The notes under the pieces are model-generated. The model had not been told where the DNA came from, searched no databases, and saw only the letters and a list, made by a program, of their open reading frames with translations. This document shows, one piece after another, positions 10,288 through 20,515 of a stretch of 64,000 nt of DNA (its first letter is position 1; each line of letters starts with the position of its first letter). Both the position numbers and the translations under genes were made by a program. Origin of the DNA: Acidobacteriota bacterium (GTDB taxonomy: Bacteria; Acidobacteriota; UBA890; WLXD01); assembly GCA_965248695.1 (NCBI GenBank), contig CBDFKD010000002.1, positions 5,312,001 through 5,376,000 on the forward strand, read 5' to 3'.

Positions 10288-10995
10288 ATGCCACACGCCG
10301 AAGAGATCCTGAGCGTCGAAGGCCTCCGCAAGAGCTACCGCTCGGGCAGCCGTCAACTACAGGTCCTGGCCGACTGCAACCTCTGCGTATCGGCCGGCGA
10401 GCGCATCGCGGTGATCGGTCAGAGCGGCGTCGGCAAGAGCACGCTGCTCCACCTTCTTGCCGGCCTGGATCGTCCTGACAGCGGCAGCATCCGTTTCCGC
10501 GGCCGCGAGCTGCATACGCTCTCGGAGTCCGAGCTGGCAGCGTTTCGTGGCCGGCACATAGGCCTGGTCTTCCAGTTCTATCACCTGCTGCCGGAGTTCA
10601 ACGCCCTCGAGAACGTCATGATGCCGTTGCTGATCGGTGACGGCGCGGAGACTGCGCCGGCCGTTGCGGCGAGCTTGCTGGCGGACGTGGGGCTGGCGGA
10701 TCGAGCCGATCATTTTCCTTCCGAGCTTTCGGGCGGCGAGCGACAGCGTGTGGCAATCGCGCGCGCATTGGCCCGGCAGCCGGAGATCCTGCTTGCCGAC
10801 GAGCCGACCGGCAACCTCGACCACGACAACGGCATGCGGGTCCTGGATATCTTCTTTCAGCTCCACGAGCGCCTGGGCAACGCCCTGGTGCTCGTTACGC
10901 ACAACCCCGAGTTGGTGGCCGACTTCGATCGCGTGCTCGTGATGGAGCCCGGTGGCCGACTCACCGAGCACACGACAAGCGGGGAAAACCGATGA
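10288..10995 (+). CDS. lolD: lipoprotein-releasing ABC transporter ATP-binding protein
   Basis: Walker [34 protein letters not shown]; the real start is the ATG at 10288 inside the listed 9028..10995 ORF. Confidence 0.92.
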   Translation: MPHAEEILSVEGLRKSYRSGSRQLQVLADCNLCVSAGERIAVIGQSGVGKSTLLHLLAGLDRPDSGSIRFRGRELHTLSESELAAFRGRHIGLVFQFYHLLPEFNALENVMMPLLIGDGAETAPAVAASLLADVGLADRADHFPSELSGGERQRVAIARALARQPEILLADEPTGNLDHDNGMRVLDIFFQLHERLGNALVLVTHNPELVADFDRVLVMEPGGRLTEHTTSGENR

Positions 10996-11220
10996 ACCGT
11001 CCGCGGAGGGAACGGCCGGTCTGGATGCGACGATTGCCGATGCTCAGCTGCGCCATGGGCTGCTCGGCAGGCGACGAGATCTTGGCAGCTGGAAAATCGC
11101 TCCGCTATACTCGAAATCAAGCGGCGTCTACTGGCGTCGCCCTTGCTGACAGGGGCCCCATTGGACGCGGCGTCAACGCGCGCGGGCTGTACGGGGCTTC
11201 CTGCGACTGGGGCTGGGTCG

Positions 11221-13665
11221 ATGTTTGAGCGCTACACTGAACGAGCTCGACGGGTAATCTTCTTTGCGCGCTACGAAGCCAGCCAGCTGGGTTCGCGCAC
11301 GATCGAGACCGAGCACCTCCTGCTCGGCCTGATCCGCGAGAACAACGGTCTCACCGGCAAGCTCCTGGGTCGATCGGATATCGAGGCGGAGGCCATCCGC
11401 GGAGAGATCCAGACGCGCACCGAAGTACGCGAGAAGATCTCCACATCGGTGGAGATCCCCCTCTCGGTCGAGTCGAAGCGCGTGCTGGCCTACGCCGCCG
11501 AAGAAGCCGAGAAGATGCTGCACAAGTACATCGGCACCGAGCACATCTTGCTGGGATTGCTGCGCGAGAAGAAATCCCTCGCTTCGCGCATCCTGGTCGA
11601 GAAGGGCATGCGCCTTTCGACTGCGCGCGAGGACCTGCTTTACTTGCTGAAGGAAAAGAACCTCAGTGAGAAGAAGAAGGAAACGCCCTTCCTCTCGGAG
11701 TTCTCCCGCGATCTGACCGAGATGGCCGCCAAGGGCAGCCTCGATCCGCTAATCGGACGGGACGACGAGCTCGAGCGCGCCATCCAGATCCTGTGCCGTC
11801 GGACGAAGAACAATCCTGTGCTGATCGGCGAGCCGGGAGTCGGCAAGACGGCGATCGTGGAGGGACTCTCTCAACGGATCGTCAGCGGCGAGGTGCCCCG
11901 GTTCCTCTACGACAAGCGGATTCTGGAGCTCGACATCTCGTCGGTCGTAGCGGGCACGAAGTATCGAGGGCAGTTCGAAGAGCGTCTCAAGACGATCATG
12001 AAGGAGCTACTCGACAACAAAGACATCGTGATCTTTATCGATGAGCTGCACACGCTTGTCGGCGCTGGTTCCGCCGAGGGGTCGCTCGACGCCGCCGGTA
12101 TCCTCAAGCCCGCGCTGGCCCGCGGTGAAGTGCAGTGCATCGGGGCAACGACGCCGCGCGAGCACCGCAAGTACATCGAGAAGGACCGCGCGTTGGCGCG
12201 CCGTTTTCAGGGAATCAACATTGCCCAGCCTACCGAGGAAGAGACCGTCGATATCATCCGCGGGATTCGCGAGCGCTACGAGCAGTACCACGGCGTGAAG
12301 TACAGCGATGAGGCCCTGACCGCCGCCGTCTATCAGAGCAATCGATACATCACCGACCGGTTCCTGCCGGACAAGGCGATCGATGTACTCGATGAGACCG
12401 GCGCCCGGGTCAAGCTCGCCATGACCTCCGCGCCGAATCGTGTTCGCGAGCTCGAGGCTCGCTCGCGAGAGCTGGCGACGCGTCTGGATGCCGCCATTGC
12501 CGATGAGGAATTCGAACAGGCGGCCCACTTCCGCGATCTGATGAAGCGCGAGCGCGAACGCCTCGACCGGCTCCGGGCCGACCGCGGTGAGGAGATCACT
12601 GAAGAGGGGCCGCTGCTGGTGAGCATCGAGGACATCGAACAGGTGGTGTCGAACTGGACAGGAATTCCCATCACCTCCATCAAGCAGGAGGAGATGGACA
12701 AGCTGATCAACATGGAGGAGCAGCTGCACACCCGAATCGTTGCCCAGGAAGAGGCCATCGAGGTCGTTTCCCGGGCCATCCGTCGGTCCCGCGCCGGTCT
12801 CAAGTCACCGTACCGTCCGGTCGGCTCCTTTCTCTTCCTGGGACCCACCGGTGTGGGTAAGACGGAGGTCGCACGAACGCTGGCAGGCTTCCTGTTCGGC
12901 GATGACCGCTCCCTCGTGCGCTTCGACATGTCCGAGTACATGGAGCGACATTCGGTGTCGAAGTTGATCGGATCACCGCCGGGGTACGTGGGGCACGAAG
13001 AGGGCGGCCAGTTGACCGACCAGGTGCGCCGCAATCCCTATAGCGTCGTGCTACTCGACGAGATCGAGAAGGCGCATCCGTCGATCTTTAACATTCTGTT
13101 GCAGGTCTTCGAGGACGGTCAGCTCACCGATGGACTGGGCGCCACAGTCGATTTCAAGAACTGCATCATCATCATGACCTCGAATATCGGCGCTCGTTTC
13201 ATGCAGAAGCGTGGCAGCGTCGGGTTCCGAGCCCTTGATGATGTGGCCACGTTCAGCGACATGCGGAACCGCGTCATCGAAGAGGTGAAGCGAACGTTCA
13301 ATCCGGAATTCTTGAATCGCCTCGACGAGACGATCGTCTTCCACGCCCTCACCGATGAGCACCTGCAGCAGATCATCCGGCTGATGGTCGGCGAGGTGAA
13401 CAAGCACATCGCCGACAAGGACATCCAAGTGGAGCTGGATGACCAGGCCTACCAGTGGCTCATCGACACGACGTGCGCCGATCGGAGCTACGGAGCCCGA
13501 CCGCTCCGACGAGCGATTCAGAAGCACGTTGAAGACGCCCTCGCCGAGGAGCTCATCCGCGGTCGTCTGCGTGCCGGGACACACGTGCTCGTTTCGACCG
13601 ATGGCGACGGGCTGCACCTTGACGTTACGGTGGTGGAGCCAGAGCCCGCAGACGCGGTGGTGTAG
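11221..13665 (+). CDS. clpC: ATP-dependent Clp protease ATP-binding subunit
   Basis: two Clp N repeats, [11 protein letters not shown] coiled coil, [26 protein letters not shown]. Confidence 0.95.
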   Translation: MFERYTERARRVIFFARYEASQLGSRTIETEHLLLGLIRENNGLTGKLLGRSDIEAEAIRGEIQTRTEVREKISTSVEIPLSVESKRVLAYAAEEAEKMLHKYIGTEHILLGLLREKKSLASRILVEKGMRLSTAREDLLYLLKEKNLSEKKKETPFLSEFSRDLTEMAAKGSLDPLIGRDDELERAIQILCRRTKNNPVLIGEPGVGKTAIVEGLSQRIVSGEVPRFLYDKRILELDISSVVAGTKYRGQFEERLKTIMKELLDNKDIVIFIDELHTLVGAGSAEGSLDAAGILKPALARGEVQCIGATTPREHRKYIEKDRALARRFQGINIAQPTEEETVDIIRGIRERYEQYHGVKYSDEALTAAVYQSNRYITDRFLPDKAIDVLDETGARVKLAMTSAPNRVRELEARSRELATRLDAAIADEEFEQAAHFRDLMKRERERLDRLRADRGEEITEEGPLLVSIEDIEQVVSNWTGIPITSIKQEEMDKLINMEEQLHTRIVAQEEAIEVVSRAIRRSRAGLKSPYRPVGSFLFLGPTGVGKTEVARTLAGFLFGDDRSLVRFDMSEYMERHSVSKLIGSPPGYVGHEEGGQLTDQVRRNPYSVVLLDEIEKAHPSIFNILLQVFEDGQLTDGLGATVDFKNCIIIMTSNIGARFMQKRGSVGFRALDDVATFSDMRNRVIEEVKRTFNPEFLNRLDETIVFHALTDEHLQQIIRLMVGEVNKHIADKDIQVELDDQAYQWLIDTTCADRSYGARPLRRAIQKHVEDALAEELIRGRLRAGTHVLVSTDGDGLHLDVTVVEPEPADAVV

Positions 13666-13819
13666 GCCAGGCCACTCTGACGCGAGCTTCGGCAACGGCC
13701 GGCGGCGACCGGGTCGGGCTGTCAGGCGGCCGATACGGTATCATTGCCCGCATGGTGTGCCCGCGACCCGCCGCGTGGGCGCGAGACGTTCGAGACTCCC
13801 CCCTGCGCCCGAAGACGCC

Positions 13820-16333
13820 ATGAACTTGTTCCCGACCGATCAGCGATGCTATTTCCTCGCCCTTCGGGCTGCGGCCCTGGTGGCGACTGTGCTGACCCTC
13901 GCCGGCCCCCCGAACGTGCTCTTTGCGGCAACGGCCGGCACGTCGGCGGCGCAGGCTGTCGGCTCGACGCAGGTGGCGGGCACGGCGCAGGATCCGCAGG
14001 GCCGCATCATCGAAGAAATCCGCATCACCGGCACCGAGCGATTCGATACGGACACGATCAGCTTCTACATGGCGAGCCGCACCGGTGCACCGTTCGACGA
14101 GGCAACGGCGCAACTCGACTACATGTCGCTGTTCAACACGAACTGGTTCCACAACCTGGTGATGAGCTGGGAGGAAGGCTCCGCCGGGGGCGTCGTGCTG
14201 ATCGTCGAAGTCGACGAGCTGCCGCTGCTCCGACAGGTGCTAATCGAAGGCACCAACAAGGTGAAGCTGCAAGACTTCAATGAGCGCCTGAACCTTATCG
14301 AGCGCTCGGTCCGGGTCAACGAGCCGGTGGACGAGCAGCAGCTGCGTGAGAACATCGAAGTCTTGACCTTCATGCTGCAGGGCGACGACGGATTGCAGTT
14401 CGTGCAGATCGACCTGGAGGTCGAGCCCTCGGAGCTCGGCACTGGTGTTGATGCGATTTACCGGGTCATCGAGGGCGACTCCGTGCGCATCGCCTTGGTG
14501 CAGTTCGAGGGCAACACGGTGTTCAGCGACCAGGAGCTGCGCTGGGCGATGAAGCGCACAGCCGAGCACCATTTCATGTCGTTTCTGAGCAAGAGCGACC
14601 GCTTCTCGCTCGCCGGCTATGAGTTCGACATCGTCGAACTGTCGAAGCTCTACCACCGCAATGGCTACCTCGAATTCGATGCCGACGACCCCATCATCGA
14701 GATCTTCACAGAAGACCGATCGTTGTGGTTCGACGACCGCGAGCGGCTGGCAATCACCGTCCCGATCTACGAGGGTACCCAGTACCGGATTGGCGATATC
14801 ACTATCGAAGGGAACACGGAGTTCAGCGACGAGGAGCTCCTCAGGGATATCGGCCTGCGGCGCGGCGACATCCTCAATATCGAGGAGGTCCAGGCCGCCA
14901 ATCAAGCGGTGGCGGACAAGTACACCAACGCCGGCTATCTGCAGGTCGCCGTCGCGCCGATTCCCACTCAGGATCCGTCCACGGGCACCGCCAACCTGAC
15001 CTATCAGGTGCAGGAGAACTCGATTTACCGGGTTAACCGGATCGAGTTCTCCGGTAACACGAATACGCGCGACTTCGTGTTGCGCCGCAATTTGAATCTG
15101 CACGAGCTGGCGCGTTGGGACCAGCGGCGATTCGACACGAGCATCGAGCGGCTCTGGCGCCTCGGGTACTTTCAGAACGTCGAACACGAGCTGGCGACTG
15201 CGGCACCCGGCGAGAGCCTCGATCCGGCGGTGCCGGCAGATCCGCAATTCGGGTCGGTCGACGTCGACGTGAAAGTCTCGGAGATCGGACGCAATCAGAT
15301 CTCGTTCGGCGGTGGTCTGTCAGCGCTCGAGGGCGGTTTCGTACAGTTCGGCTATTCGACCCGGAACCTGTTCGGCTACGGCCAGACGCTCTCCCTGTTC
15401 GGTCAGGTCGGTAAGCTCCGCCAAAACGTACGCCTGTCGTTCTCGGATCCGTACTTCCTGGGGAAACGGGTCCGTTTCGGTGCCGACATATTCCGTGATG
15501 CAATCGACTTTCCGGACTTCCAGCGCTCGGGTACCGGTGGCGCCATCCGCTTCGGCCTGCCGCTCAACCTCGATGAGACCATCGCCGCATTCCTCGAGTA
15601 CAACTACGAGGTCATCGACATCGGCAACGTCAGCAGCACGCTGGGAAGCATCTCGTCGCCGCTCTTTCAGGCGCTCTTCCTGACGCAGGGCAAGCGGATC
15701 ACCAGCTCGATCCGGCCCTTCGTCTTCCACTCGAAGCTCGACAATCCGTTCATGGCATCACGCGGCAGCCGTACCAGCGCTTCATTCGAGTATGCCGGCG
15801 GACCTCTGGGTGGCACGCTCGATTTCTGGCGTGCGAGCTTGCGCACGACCTGGTACATCCCGACGGTGACGCGCGCCGGGTTCATCCGCACACCGAAGCA
15901 GATCTTCGTGATCAATGTGCGGGCCGATTACGCTGAGCCACTCGGGGATCTGGTGGAGCTACCGATCTTCGAGAGGTTCTTCCTCGGCGGCGGCAACTCG
16001 GTTCGCGGCACCCGACTCCACTCGATTGGCCCGCTGGATGAGCGCGGCAACATCCTCGGTGGCACCAAAGGGCTGCAATACAATCTGGAGTACATCTTCG
16101 CGCTATCTCCGGCGTTGCGGGTGAAGGGGTTCCACGACGCAGGGCAGGCGTGGCTGTCGGACGCGAAGGTCAGCATCAAGGACATGCGCCGTACTGCCGG
16201 CCTGGAGTTCGAGGTGTTCGCACCGGTGTTCAACGTGCCGATGCGTTTTTTCTGGGCCTACAATTTCGAGCCGCTGGAGTTCTTCGGGGAGCAGAAGTCG
16301 ACGTTCGAGTTCGCCATTGGCTCGACGTTCTAG
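13820..16333 (+). CDS. bamA: outer membrane protein assembly factor BamA
   Basis: signal peptide, five POTRA repeats (e.g. VNRIEFSGNTNTRDFVLRR), TRNLFGYGQ, ERFFLGG, C-terminal FEFAIGSTF; start approximate. Confidence 0.92.
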   Translation: MNLFPTDQRCYFLALRAAALVATVLTLAGPPNVLFAATAGTSAAQAVGSTQVAGTAQDPQGRIIEEIRITGTERFDTDTISFYMASRTGAPFDEATAQLDYMSLFNTNWFHNLVMSWEEGSAGGVVLIVEVDELPLLRQVLIEGTNKVKLQDFNERLNLIERSVRVNEPVDEQQLRENIEVLTFMLQGDDGLQFVQIDLEVEPSELGTGVDAIYRVIEGDSVRIALVQFEGNTVFSDQELRWAMKRTAEHHFMSFLSKSDRFSLAGYEFDIVELSKLYHRNGYLEFDADDPIIEIFTEDRSLWFDDRERLAITVPIYEGTQYRIGDITIEGNTEFSDEELLRDIGLRRGDILNIEEVQAANQAVADKYTNAGYLQVAVAPIPTQDPSTGTANLTYQVQENSIYRVNRIEFSGNTNTRDFVLRRNLNLHELARWDQRRFDTSIERLWRLGYFQNVEHELATAAPGESLDPAVPADPQFGSVDVDVKVSEIGRNQISFGGGLSALEGGFVQFGYSTRNLFGYGQTLSLFGQVGKLRQNVRLSFSDPYFLGKRVRFGADIFRDAIDFPDFQRSGTGGAIRFGLPLNLDETIAAFLEYNYEVIDIGNVSSTLGSISSPLFQALFLTQGKRITSSIRPFVFHSKLDNPFMASRGSRTSASFEYAGGPLGGTLDFWRASLRTTWYIPTVTRAGFIRTPKQIFVINVRADYAEPLGDLVELPIFERFFLGGGNSVRGTRLHSIGPLDERGNILGGTKGLQYNLEYIFALSPALRVKGFHDAGQAWLSDAKVSIKDMRRTAGLEFEVFAPVFNVPMRFFWAYNFEPLEFFGEQKSTFEFAIGSTF

Positions 16334-17381
16334 GTCGGCCGCCGGCCTACGGCTGACTGCTGTCGCAGATCTCGTCGGCGGAACCCTCGAAGGTAGCGGC
16401 GACGGCCTGGTTGTCGGAGTGGCAGAGATCGAGCCGGCGCAGAGCGACGAGCTCGCCTTCGTCGTCGATACCAGCCGAGCTGCGGCACTGGCGACGACGG
16501 ACGCAGCGGCGATCCTGGTGGCGCCCGATCTGGAGGTCTCACGCTTCGTCTCGGGTCGGGACCTGACGCTGATTCGGGTCGACGATCCCTACCGCGCTGT
16601 TGCCCTCGTCCTCGACGCCCTGTATCCGGTGCGGCCAGCGGAACCCGGGATTCACCCGAGCGCCGTCGTCGATGTGGCTGCCGACCTGGCGTCCGACGTT
16701 ACTGTGGCCGCCCATGTGGAGATCGGTGCCGACGCTACGGTGGGCGCTCGCACCGAGATCGGCCACGGCAGCACTGTCGCCCGCGGCGTGCAGCTCGGCG
16801 TCGACTGCGTGCTCCATGCGCAGGTGACCCTGTACGAAGGCACCCGCATCGGCGATCGCGTTGTCCTTCACGCCGGCGTGGTGATCGGTGCCGAGGGATT
16901 CGGCTTCGCCCGCCAAGGACTCGACCAACGAAAGATCCCACAGGTCGGCGGCGTCCTTATCGAGGACGACGTGGAGATAGGCGCCGGGTCCTGTATCGAC
17001 CGCGGTACACTGCGCGACACACGCGTCGGCGCCGGGACGAAAATCGACAACCTGGTACAGATCGGCCACAATTGCGACATTGGTCGGTCTTGCGCAATCA
17101 GCGGCCAGGCGGGCCTGTCAGGCAGCACGGTGCTGGAGGACGGCGTAATTGTCGGTGGAAACGTCGGTACCTCCGGCCACCAGGTGATTGGCGCCGGTTC
17201 GATGCTTGCGGCCAAGAGCGGCGTCCACGGGAACCTGCCCGCGGGATCCGTCGTCGGTGGCTACCCACACATGGAAATCGGCCTATGGCGACGCGTGGTC
17301 GCCGCCCTCGCCAAACTGCCGGGGTTGCTGAGGCGTGTTCGGCAACTCGAGAAAGCGTTCGAGAAGCGGGCTGAGGAGTAG
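16317..17381 (+). CDS. lpxD: UDP-3-O-acylglucosamine N-acyltransferase
   Basis: hexapeptide repeats, GAEGFGF, KIPQVGGV.IEDDVEIG, IDRG, KIDNLVQIGHNC; TTG start overlaps the end of bamA. Confidence 0.93.
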   Translation: MARRSRSAAGLRLTAVADLVGGTLEGSGDGLVVGVAEIEPAQSDELAFVVDTSRAAALATTDAAAILVAPDLEVSRFVSGRDLTLIRVDDPYRAVALVLDALYPVRPAEPGIHPSAVVDVAADLASDVTVAAHVEIGADATVGARTEIGHGSTVARGVQLGVDCVLHAQVTLYEGTRIGDRVVLHAGVVIGAEGFGFARQGLDQRKIPQVGGVLIEDDVEIGAGSCIDRGTLRDTRVGAGTKIDNLVQIGHNCDIGRSCAISGQAGLSGSTVLEDGVIVGGNVGTSGHQVIGAGSMLAAKSGVHGNLPAGSVVGGYPHMEIGLWRRVVAALAKLPGLLRRVRQLEKAFEKRAEE

Positions 17382-17384
17382 GAT

Positions 17385-17840
17385 TTGACCGTCGACATCT
17401 CGGGCATCATGGCGGCATTGCCGCATCGTTATCCGTTTCTACTGGTTGATCGCATCGTCGAGGTCGATCCTGGCGAGCGGGTCGTCGGCATCAAGAACGT
17501 GACGATGAACGAGCCCTTTTTTCAGGGACATTTCCCGGGCAACCCCGTGATGCCGGGGGTGCTGATCGTCGAGGCGATGGCGCAGACCGGCGCCGTGATG
17601 GCCCTCCGCGAGGGTGGCGAGGAGGTCGCCGGCAGGGTCTTCTACCTCGCCGCAGTCGACAAGGTCCGTTTCCGTCGGCCCGTCGTCCCGGGCGATCAAC
17701 TGCGCATGGAGCTCACGGTGCTCTCAATGCGCCGCAGCAGGTGCAAGATGGCCGGTCGCGCCACGGTGGACGGAGAGCTCGCCGCGGAGGCCGTGCTGCT
17801 ATCGCTGATGGTCGATCCCGGAACCGGACTGGGGCGATGA
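17385..17840 (+). CDS. fabZ: 3-hydroxyacyl-ACP dehydratase
   Basis: LPHRYPFLLVDRI, FFQGHFP..PVMPGVLIVEAMAQ. Confidence 0.96.
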   Translation: MTVDISGIMAALPHRYPFLLVDRIVEVDPGERVVGIKNVTMNEPFFQGHFPGNPVMPGVLIVEAMAQTGAVMALREGGEEVAGRVFYLAAVDKVRFRRPVVPGDQLRMELTVLSMRRSRCKMAGRATVDGELAAEAVLLSLMVDPGTGLGR

Positions 17841-18622
17841 GCCCCTCCGTCCAGTGCCATCCAACCGCCGTCGTTCACGACGGGGCCGATCTCGGTGTCG
17901 GCGTCAAGTTGGGGCCCTACGCGATCGTCAACCCCACCGCCCGCATCGGCGACGGCTCGGAGATCGGCGCCTTCGCCGTGATTCACGATCACACCGACCT
18001 GGGGGCCGAAACGCGTGTCTTCCCGCACGCGTCGGTGGGTTCCGAGCCCCAGGACCTCAAGTTCGGTGGCGAGGTGTCGTTCCTGGAGGCCGCCGAGCGC
18101 AATACCTTTCGCGAGTTCGTTACCGCCAACCGGGGTACGGCGGGGGGGGGCGGGGTGACCCGCATCGGCTCCGACAACATGTTCATGGCGTACTCCCATA
18201 TCGCCCACGACTGCCAGGTCGGAGATCACACCATCTTCGGGAACGCGGCCACCCTCGCCGGGCACGTCCAAATCGGCGACCACGCCATCCTCAATGCGTT
18301 TTGCGGTGTACAGCAGTTCGTCCGTGTCGGCGCCCACGCTTACCTGGCAGCCTACGCCGGGCTGACCAAGGACGTCGTGCCGTTCGCCCGCGCGCACGGC
18401 AATCACGTGCGCATCCTGGGATTGAACTCCGTGGGCCTACAGCGGCGTGGCTTCAGCGACGCGTCGCGTCGCGACCTCAAGCAGGCCTTTCGCATCCTGT
18501 TCCGCGAGAAGCTGAACACGACGCAGGCGCTGGAGAAGATATCCATGACCGGCCTGAACGGTCCGGAGATCGACCAGCTGGTGTCGTTCGTGCAGAGCAG
18601 TGAGCTCGGAATCGCCAAGTAA
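17837..18622 (+). CDS. lpxA: acyl-ACP--UDP-GlcNAc acyltransferase
   Basis: PQDLKF, REFVT.NRGT, HIAHDC, LAGHV, GLNSVGL.RRGF; ATGA overlap with fabZ. Confidence 0.95.
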   Translation: MSPSVQCHPTAVVHDGADLGVGVKLGPYAIVNPTARIGDGSEIGAFAVIHDHTDLGAETRVFPHASVGSEPQDLKFGGEVSFLEAAERNTFREFVTANRGTAGGGGVTRIGSDNMFMAYSHIAHDCQVGDHTIFGNAATLAGHVQIGDHAILNAFCGVQQFVRVGAHAYLAAYAGLTKDVVPFARAHGNHVRILGLNSVGLQRRGFSDASRRDLKQAFRILFREKLNTTQALEKISMTGLNGPEIDQLVSFVQSSELGIAK

Positions 18623-19436
18623 GCCGCTGGCGCTGATCGCCGGCAGCTCACAAATGCCCCTGCTAGTCGCCCAGGAGGCGCGGCGGGCGGGCCGAGGCGT
18701 GGTCGCGGCGGCGATTCAAGGCATCACGGATCCGGCGCTCGAAACCCACGTCGACGCCATCCAGTGGCTTCGCTGGGGGGATATACCTACCTTCCTGGCC
18801 ACTCTCGAGGGCTGGCGTCAAGACGGCGTCAGCGAGGCCATCATGGCCGGCAAGGTCGAGCAACAGCGGATGTACGAACGCGACCCCGAGGGAGAGATAG
18901 AGGCCGTGTTGGCCGACCTCCCGAGCGCCCATACGGATCAGTTGCTCGGGGCTGTCGCGAACGTGTTGGAGTCAGCCGGGATCCGATTGGTCGAGTCGAC
19001 CACCTACTTGCGTTCCTTGATGCCGAAACCTGGTTGGACCGCCGGCCGCCGGCCGACGGCGAGCGAAGAGCTCGATATCGACCACGGCTGGCGCGTCGCC
19101 AAGGCCCTCGGCGAGCTCGATATCGGCCAAACCGTGGTGGTCAAGGAAAAGGCGGTGGTCGCCGTCGAGGCCATGGAGGGCACCGACGCCTGTATCCGTC
19201 GGGCTGGTGAGCTCGGCGGCGCCGGCGGAGTGGTGGTGAAGGTTGCCAAGCCGAACCAGGATTTGCGGTTCGACGTGCCCGTCGTCGGCCTCCGTACGCT
19301 GGAGACGATGCACGAAGCAGCAGCTTCGGTGCTGGCTCTCGAAGCCGACATGACGGTGCTGTTCGATCGTCCTCGGGTCGAAGAGCTGGCGACCGAGCTC
19401 GACATTGCCCTCGTCGCCAGAGGCCACGATGCCTGA
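18600..19436 (+). CDS. lpxI: UDP-2,3-diacylglucosamine diphosphatase LpxI family
   Basis: LIAGS..MP, MAGKV, LDIGQTVVV...VVAVEAMEGTD, VKVAKPNQDLRFDVPVVG. Confidence 0.92.
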   Translation: MSSESPSKPLALIAGSSQMPLLVAQEARRAGRGVVAAAIQGITDPALETHVDAIQWLRWGDIPTFLATLEGWRQDGVSEAIMAGKVEQQRMYERDPEGEIEAVLADLPSAHTDQLLGAVANVLESAGIRLVESTTYLRSLMPKPGWTAGRRPTASEELDIDHGWRVAKALGELDIGQTVVVKEKAVVAVEAMEGTDACIRRAGELGGAGGVVVKVAKPNQDLRFDVPVVGLRTLETMHEAAASVLALEADMTVLFDRPRVEELATELDIALVARGHDA

Positions 19437-20391
19437 GCCGGTGCGCGTCGGCGTCGTGGGCGTCGGTTCGATCGGCCGCCACCACGCCCGCGTTTACGCT
19501 GAGAGCAAAGCGGCAGACCTGGTCGGGGTGTACGACCTCGACGCAGGGCGGTGCAACGAGACCGCACGGACAACGGGAACCAAGCCTTTCATCGCGCTCG
19601 ACGCCCTGCTCGATGTGGTGGATGCCATCAGCGTCGCCGTACCCACGTTGGAGCACGAGGCGGTCGGCTTGCGTTGCCTCGAGGCCGGTCGGGACGTACT
19701 GATGGAGAAGCCGATCGCCGCCAGCCTCGACGCCGCGGACCGACTCATGGCCATGGCAGCGACCGCCGACCGGCTACTGCAAGTGGGACACGTGGAACGC
19801 TACAACCCGGCTGTAGAGGCGCTGCTGAGTCGAATACAGCAACCAGGATTCGTTGAGATTCATCGCCTTGGCTCGTTCGCGCCGCGAAGCCTCGAGGTCG
19901 ACGTCGTGGTCGACCTGATGATCCACGATATCGACATCGTGCATGCGATGGTTCAAGGAGAGGTCGCGGAGGTGAGGGCGGTCGGCGTTCCGGTGCTCTC
20001 GGACGAGATCGACATCGCCAACGCCCGTCTTGAAGTCGGCAGGGGATGCGTCGTCAACATGACCGCCAGCCGAGTGAGCCTGAACCGGGTGCGGAAGCTA
20101 CGGATCTTCGAGCCCGCGGGCTACTTCTCGGTTGATTTTTCCGCCCAGGAGGTGGCCCAGTATCGCCTCGGTCGAGACGCCGGTCGGCCAACCATTGAAG
20201 CCGTACCGGTGGCTGTGGACCGAGCCGAGCCGCTGGTTCGGCAGCTGGAGGGGTTCCTTCGCTCGGTAGTGACCCGGCGGCCACCCAGGGTCGATGGGGG
20301 CGCCGGTCGACAGGCGCTCGCGACCGCGCTTCGCATTCGAGATGCGATGCTGCGCGCGCCGCTAGTGGGCCACGCGGAACCGAAAATCTAG
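19429..20391 (+). CDS. Gfo/Idh/MocA oxidoreductase (GnnA-like)
   Basis: GVVGVGSIG, EKP, VGHVERYNPA, DVVVDLMIHDID, DIANARL, TASRVS; follows lpxA-lpxI. Confidence 0.88.
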   Translation: MPEPVRVGVVGVGSIGRHHARVYAESKAADLVGVYDLDAGRCNETARTTGTKPFIALDALLDVVDAISVAVPTLEHEAVGLRCLEAGRDVLMEKPIAASLDAADRLMAMAATADRLLQVGHVERYNPAVEALLSRIQQPGFVEIHRLGSFAPRSLEVDVVVDLMIHDIDIVHAMVQGEVAEVRAVGVPVLSDEIDIANARLEVGRGCVVNMTASRVSLNRVRKLRIFEPAGYFSVDFSAQEVAQYRLGRDAGRPTIEAVPVAVDRAEPLVRQLEGFLRSVVTRRPPRVDGGAGRQALATALRIRDAMLRAPLVGHAEPKI

Positions 20392-20515
20392 GCTCTCACG
20401 CCGCCACTGACAGCACTCCGGGGTCGGCTTCGAAGTGGTTTCCCGGCGACGCTAGCAGCCCGGGTGCCCGTGATAAACTCGCGCCTCCTCAGCGCCCTTT
20501 CCACGGTCCGACACA

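Noticed and set aside
18142-18150. G9 homopolymer in lpxA as a possible phase-variation tract
   Set aside because: It encodes the conserved Gly-rich RGT..GGG.T loop, the frame is intact, and the gene is normally essential.
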